Origin: a bacterium | GTDB taxonomy: Bacteria; Bacillota_I; Bacilli_A; RFN20; CAG-826 | Assembly (NCBI GenBank): GCA_963605025.1 | Contig: CAVCSZ010000006.1 | Coordinates: 51 to 64,050 of the forward strand | Length of the DNA stretch: 64,000 bases | Reading direction: 5' to 3' | In this document: in pieces, positions 59,912 to 64,000 of the stretch | Position numbering within the stretch: position 1 is the first letter of the stretch | How the letters are laid out: every line of letters begins with the position of its first letter | Notes under the pieces: model-generated | Database searches by the model: none | The model's input: only the letters and a program-made list of their open reading frames with translations | What the model was told of the DNA's origin: nothing | Position numbers and translations under genes: made by a program

Positions 59912-60186
59912 TATAAAATAATTTTACATTAAAATTAAACAAAAATAAATAAAAATATTAAAATAAAACATATCATTATTGATAACACTAAACTAAATAT
60001 GTTTTAAAAAAATAATAAACTTTTCTTAACTTAAATTCAGCTTTTATTCTTAAAATAGGAAATTAGTATAAAAAAATCCATCTTTTTTTAAAAATAAATT
60101 TTACTTTATAAATTTACAATTTATTTTTTTACTCTTTTTACATTGTTAAATTATTTCTAATAAAGTAATAATAATATCTTTATTAA

Positions 60187-61005
60187 TTAAATAATATCAT
60201 TAATATCCCCATTATAAATATAGGATTTATTCTTTATTTGATCTGGAATATAAATATAACCTTTATCAATAATTACATATTTTGCTAAATCATTTTGATA
60301 AGTTAAATTTATAAAAGGATATTTTATCCAAATTGGAGTAGAATACCCTACTCCTAATTCTAAATATAATATTTTTTTATTTTTATTTTCTTTTATAAAT
60401 TTATCATATTTTCTTTTATGTAAAATCCATCCTTTATCTTCTACGAATGTATCATCACATCTTAAATTCATAGTCATAGGTTTATTACAAATAGGACACA
60501 AAGGTATTAAAGATGAAGGTATTTTATTATTTTTAATATTAGAAACCATTTCTAATATTATTTCTTTATTATCATAAGTTTTATTATGACAAGGAATAGA
60601 ACATTGGAATAATCCATAATCTCCTTGAGTATAAAAGATTCTATCTTTATCAAATCCAGATAAAATAAATTGATGATCCACATTAGTAGTAATAACAAAA
60701 TAATTTTTATTTTTAACTAACTCCAATAATCTTTTATATAAATCTTTACCAGATTCTTTATATCTATTTAAATATACAAATTTACTCCAATAACCCCAAT
60801 AATCTTCTAATGTATCAAAATTATGAAATCCTGCTGAATACATATCATTATATCCATATAAATCATGCATATATTTAAAATTATTTAAAAAATTACTTCC
60901 TCCATATATAAATCCACTAGCAGTTGATAAACCTGCTCCTGCTCCTATACAAATAGCGTCAGCTTCATTTATTAATTTAATTAATATTTCTTTTGTAATA
61001 TTCAT
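60187..61005 (-). CDS. sirtuin-family protein, class M-like (candidate protein ADP-ribosyltransferase SirTM)
   Basis: Rossmann motif GAGAGLSTASG, then TTNVD. YTQGDYG occupies the place of the canonical sirtuin ELHG motif. Zinc-ribbon Cys pairs are CSIPC and CPIC. Co-oriented with and overlapping a macrodomain gene. Start at ATG 61005 or 61026. Confidence 0.75.
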   Translation of the reverse strand: MNITKEILIKLINEADAICIGAGAGLSTASGFIYGGSNFLNNFKYMHDLYGYNDMYSAGFHNFDTLEDYWGYWSKFVYLNRYKESGKDLYKRLLELVKNKNYFVITTNVDHQFILSGFDKDRIFYTQGDYGLFQCSIPCHNKTYDNKEIILEMVSNIKNNKIPSSLIPLCPICNKPMTMNLRCDDTFVEDKGWILHKRKYDKFIKENKNKKILYLELGVGYSTPIWIKYPFINLTYQNDLAKYVIIDKGYIYIPDQIKNKSYIYNGDINDII

Positions 61006-61741
61006 AATCTTCTTCTTTAAATACATTAAATATTATTTTATTGATTGATGTATTTCTATTATTTAATAAATATTCTTTACAAGTATTAATTGCAATTAAA
61101 CTTGCTTCAAATTTATCAAATCCATAAATACCTGTAGAAATACATGGAAACACTATACTTTCTAATTTCATTTCATTAGCTTTTTCTAAACATGATTTAT
61201 AACAAGAAATTAAATCATTTCTATTAGAATTAGTTATTTTTTTATTTACAATAGGTCCTACTGTATGAAAAATATATTTAGAAAATAAAGAATATCCTTT
61301 AGTAACTTTACATTTACCATTTTCTTCATCTTTATTTTGTTTAGACATAATTTCTATTAATTCTTTTCTTAATTCTAATCCTGCATAAGAATGAATTGCG
61401 TTATCAATACAATAATGATTAGGAATAAAACATCCTAATAATTTAGAGTTACATGCATTAACAATTACATCACATTTTAAAGTAACTATATCACCTTTAA
61501 AAATAGTTAATTTATTAGTATATTTTAAAGTGTTAACGTCTACTATATTTTTATTATTTAATTCATATTTTAATATTTTATTTTGATTAATATAATATTC
61601 ATTAGATAAATTATAAGGCATAGTAATATTCATTAAACCTCTAAAAGTTTTAAAATCATAATTAATATCTAATGCATTAATCTTATTAATATCTAATAAA
61701 TAATCAATACAATATTTTAATTCTTTAATATATTCACTCAT
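60977..61741 (-). CDS. macrodomain protein (ADP-ribose/protein-ADP-ribose hydrolase, Cys/His-cluster type)
   Basis: 254 aa with macrodomain motifs VNACNSKLLG and PCISTGIYGF. Has a C..C..H.C cluster (CNSKLLGCFIPNHYC) like zinc-binding macrodomains linked to SirTM. AGGA lies upstream. Confidence 0.85.
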   Translation of the reverse strand: MSEYIKELKYCIDYLLDINKINALDINYDFKTFRGLMNITMPYNLSNEYYINQNKILKYELNNKNIVDVNTLKYTNKLTIFKGDIVTLKCDVIVNACNSKLLGCFIPNHYCIDNAIHSYAGLELRKELIEIMSKQNKDEENGKCKVTKGYSLFSKYIFHTVGPIVNKKITNSNRNDLISCYKSCLEKANEMKLESIVFPCISTGIYGFDKFEASLIAINTCKEYLLNNRNTSINKIIFNVFKEEDYEYYKRNIN

Positions 61742-61827
61742 TTATTTTTCCTTTTATTAATTATAAATTGATTATTTTAATAATAAAAGTACGCACTTTT
61801 AAGTAATATAGTGTCTTTTAGGTAACA

Positions 61828-62436
61828 TTAAGAATTCATTTCATAAATAATACTAATTAAATAATTATCTATTTCTTTTATTTCTATTAAATATTTATTA
61901 GTATTAATATTTTGTTCTATATTTATTAAATTATTATTAATAATAAATGAAACTTCATTCATTTTATCATTAATGCCTATTCCTAAACATTTAAAGAAAC
62001 TTTCTTTTAATGTCCAGATTCTAGTGTATTCTTTATCTTTATTTATTGAATTAAAAATATATTCTTTTTCTTTTAAAGAATAATATTTATTAATTATTTT
62101 ATTATTTAATGAGTGAATATATTCTACATCTATTCCTATATTAAATGATGAAAATACTAAGACTACTAAAGAATTACTATGAGAAATATTAAAATGAATA
62201 GAAGGATAATTTTTAATAAATGGTTTATTAAATTCATTAAATTCTAATTCAATATCTTTAATATCTAAGTTATATAATTCTTTTAATCCTTTAGAAAATA
62301 ATAAACCCGCTAATAAAGATAATTTCTTATTTTTAATATTTTTATATTCATTAATTTTATTTAATCTATATGATGATAATTCATTAATATCATAATCATT
62401 TAAAGAATCAATACTAGAATAATAAAGTTTATACAT
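61828..62436 (-). CDS. 4'-phosphopantetheinyl transferase, Sfp type
   Basis: Motifs KPF...HFNISHS, GIDVE and WTLKESFFKCLG. The track start is 62442, but TATAAT (62443-62448) abuts that ATG. The ATG at 62436 therefore fits the leaderless spacing seen elsewhere. Confidence 0.8.
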   Translation of the reverse strand: MYKLYYSSIDSLNDYDINELSSYRLNKINEYKNIKNKKLSLLAGLLFSKGLKELYNLDIKDIELEFNEFNKPFIKNYPSIHFNISHSNSLVVLVFSSFNIGIDVEYIHSLNNKIINKYYSLKEKEYIFNSINKDKEYTRIWTLKESFFKCLGIGINDKMNEVSFIINNNLINIEQNINTNKYLIEIKEIDNYLISIIYEMNS

Positions 62437-62442
62437 ATTCAT

Positions 62443-62448
62443 ATTATA
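62443..62448 (-). promoter_or_regulatory. -10 element TATAAT, 6 nt upstream of the second ATG of the PPTase ORF (candidate leaderless promoter)
   Basis: The minus strand reads TATAAT-ATGAAT-ATG (second ATG at 62436). Confidence 0.4.
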
Positions 62449-62464
62449 AAATAATTATTAATAA

Positions 62465-62500
62465 ATATAAAAAGACTTATTTATAAAAATAAGTCTTATT
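62465..62500 (-). terminator. rho-independent terminator after malQ
   Basis: A 9-bp stem AAGACTTAT / ATAAGTCTT (62472-62480 and 62489-62497) with an 8-nt loop, followed on the minus strand by a U-rich tract. Confidence 0.6.
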
Positions 62501-62503
62501 TAT

Positions 62504-64000
62504 TTAATCTCTATTATATTTTTTACTCCATAAACTTAATAAGTTAGAAAGATCATTCTTTTTAGATTCAAATTCTTCTTTTTTAATTCTCCAAGACCAA
62601 TTTAAATTAGATAATGTAGAAGGAAAATTCATTCTTCCTTCTTTTCCTATTATAAATAAATCTTGTAAAGGAATAATACTAGCTTTAGAATCACTTGCGA
62701 CATTTAATTCACATATTTTAAGTACTATTTCTTCATTAGATAATGAATCTTTATATTCAATATTAAAATGTTCACATTCTTCTTTTAATATTTTTAACAT
62801 TAATTCTTTTTTATCTTCATTTAATTCATCAATAAATTGTTTAGTAGTTGGAGAATCATGTGTAGCAGTATAAGAAAAATAATTATATGTGTAATTAGAA
62901 GGTCTCCATTCATTATCTTTTGATAATGAATCAAATCCTTGAGTAACAATTTTCATTCCAGGATATTTTGTATTTTTCATCATTAAATAGAAATCATCAT
63001 CTAATAAACCTAAATCTTCTGCTACAATAGGAAGATTTAATTTATCTTTAAATAAATCAAATCCAGGTCCTTTAACCCATTTACCGTTTTTAGCAGTTTT
63101 ATCTTTAAATGGAATAGAATAATAGCCACTAAAACCTCTAAAATGATCAATACGTAATAAATCATATAATTTTAAAGCACTTAAAATTCTTTCATTCCAC
63201 CAAGCGTAATTAGTTTCTTTATGATATTTCCAATTATATAAAGGATTTCCCCATAATTGACCATCTTCACTAAAACAATCAGGTGGACAACCTGCTACAT
63301 TAATAGGATTATGTTTTTCATCAAGTTCAAATAAGGAAGGATATTTATAAACTTCTACACTATCATATGCTACATAAATTGGAAGATCTCCCATTATTTT
63401 AATATCATTTTTATTAGCGTATTCTTTTAAAGCTTTATATTCATTTAAAAATTCAAATTGAGTCCATAAATAAAATAAATAATTATCATAATTTTCTTTA
63501 ATAATTTTATCTTCTAAAAATAAAGAATAATTTCTAAACTCATCTTTCCATGAATTCCAAGAAGATAAATTATTTAAATCTTTTAAAACCATGAAAAATG
63601 CAAAATCTGAATAATTTTTATTATTTTCAATAAATGATTTAAATTCTTCACTATTTTTATCAAATCTAGAAAACGCAATTTTTAAAACATTTAATTTATT
63701 TTTAAATAATAAAGAATAATCTACTCTTGAATCATTTTCATTCCATTTAATATTTTCATATTCTTCTTTTTTTAATAATCCTTTTTTACAAAGAATATCA
63801 AAATCAATAAAATAATAATTTAATCCAAAATTAGATGGAGATTGATAAGGAGAATCTCCATAACTTGTAACATTTAAAGGAAGAATCTGCCAAATTTTAC
63901 AATTAGATTTCTTTAAAAAATCTACAAAATTATATGCTTCTTCTCCTAAAGTTCCTATTCCATATTTGCTAGGTAATGATGAAATATGTAATAAAATACC
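62504..64000 (-). CDS. malQ: 4-alpha-glucanotransferase (amylomaltase), N-terminal few residues outside the window
   Basis: The track ORF begins at an internal Met (63592). By manual translation the same frame stays open to the window edge and reads GILLHISSLPSKYGIGTLGEEAYNFVDFLKK...YSDFAFFMVLKDL, the conserved MalQ N-terminus. Confidence 0.9.
   Translation of the reverse strand, partial: GILLHISSLPSKYGIGTLGEEAYNFVDFLKKSNCKIWQILPLNVTSYGDSPYQSPSNFGLNYYFIDFDILCKKGLLKKEEYENIKWNENDSRVDYSLLFKNKLNVLKIAFSRFDKNSEEFKSFIENNKNYSDFAFFMVLKDLNNLSSWNSWKDEFRNYSLFLEDKIIKENYDNYLFYLWTQFEFLNEYKALKEYANKNDIKIMGDLPIYVAYDSVEVYKYPSLFELDEKHNPINVAGCPPDCFSEDGQLWGNPLYNWKYHKETNYAWWNERILSALKLYDLLRIDHFRGFSGYYSIPFKDKTAKNGKWVKGPGFDLFKDKLNLPIVAEDLGLLDDDFYLMMKNTKYPGMKIVTQGFDSLSKDNEWRPSNYTYNYFSYTATHDSPTTKQFIDELNEDKKELMLKILKEECEHFNIEYKDSLSNEEIVLKICELNVASDSKASIIPLQDLFIIGKEGRMNFPSTLSNLNWSWRIKKEEFESKKNDLSNLLSLWSKKYNRD

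Noticed and set aside
59971-59984. The palindrome TATCATTATTGATA upstream of the ileS leader as a repressor operator.
   Set aside because: Short AT palindromes are expected by chance at this base composition, and this one coincides with the probable -35 region of the ileS promoter.
60187-61026. The SIR2-domain gene as an antiphage NADase (Thoeris ThsA, DSR or SIR2-HerA type).
   Set aside because: The protein is small (about 272 aa). It has the classical sirtuin Rossmann motif and a Cys4 zinc ribbon, and it is paired with a macrodomain rather than with sensor, helicase or Argonaute partners. No other defence genes are nearby.
1-64000. CRISPR arrays, tRNA or rRNA genes, insertion sequences, prophage or integrase cassettes.
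   Set aside because: I saw no GC-rich cloverleaf-sized islands in any spacer, no regularly spaced repeats, and no transposase or phage-like ORFs. The only recombinase is the XerC/D-type housekeeping enzyme.

Overview
By eye this window is extremely AT-rich and very gene-dense. I call 60 protein genes. I found no rRNA, tRNA, CRISPR array or transposase. Long conserved genes such as ileS and valS have no in-frame TGA but many TGG Trp codons, so the code looks standard (table 11). Nearly all genes are housekeeping, and several stretches follow Bacillus subtilis gene order as I remember it. These are ybeY-cdd-era-recO-glyQS-dnaG, plsY-parE-parC, yqeG-yqeH-yhbY-yqeK-rsfS, nusB-xseA-xseB, and a long run from tig to aspS. 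Many genes that sit between these in Bacillus are absent here. This fits a streamlined, Firmicutes-derived and possibly wall-less lineage, though the organism cannot be named from the sequence alone.

Points worth a second look:
1. A 28-bp dif-like site at 20330-20357 lies exactly where gene orientation flips from + to -, with a XerC/D-type recombinase gene 1.8 kb away. This is probably the replication terminus.
2. About ten operon-first genes share a (TGn)TAWAAT-N6/7-ATG arrangement with no Shine-Dalgarno sequence, which suggests widespread leaderless mRNAs. Three of these loci are tight back-to-back divergent pairs.
3. A macrodomain gene and a class-M-like sirtuin gene overlap at 60187-61741. 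The usual GcvH-L/LplA2 partners are missing, and an Sfp-type phosphopantetheinyl transferase gene sits alongside.
4. The EF-P tip loop reads KTAMRKM where most bacteria have KPGKG.
5. An orphan 169-aa protein with a possible PemK/MazF-like core abuts the dif site.
6. Only ileS, of five aminoacyl-tRNA synthetase genes, has a T-box leader.
7. Trigger factor carries an Ala/Pro/Lys-rich repeat tail.

Two short genes missing from the ORF track were found by reading the DNA: rpmG (10111-10260) and xseB (24282-24461). Several track ORFs begin at non-ATG codons and were trimmed to better-supported ATG starts. malQ runs off the right edge, and an unidentified gene runs in from the left edge.
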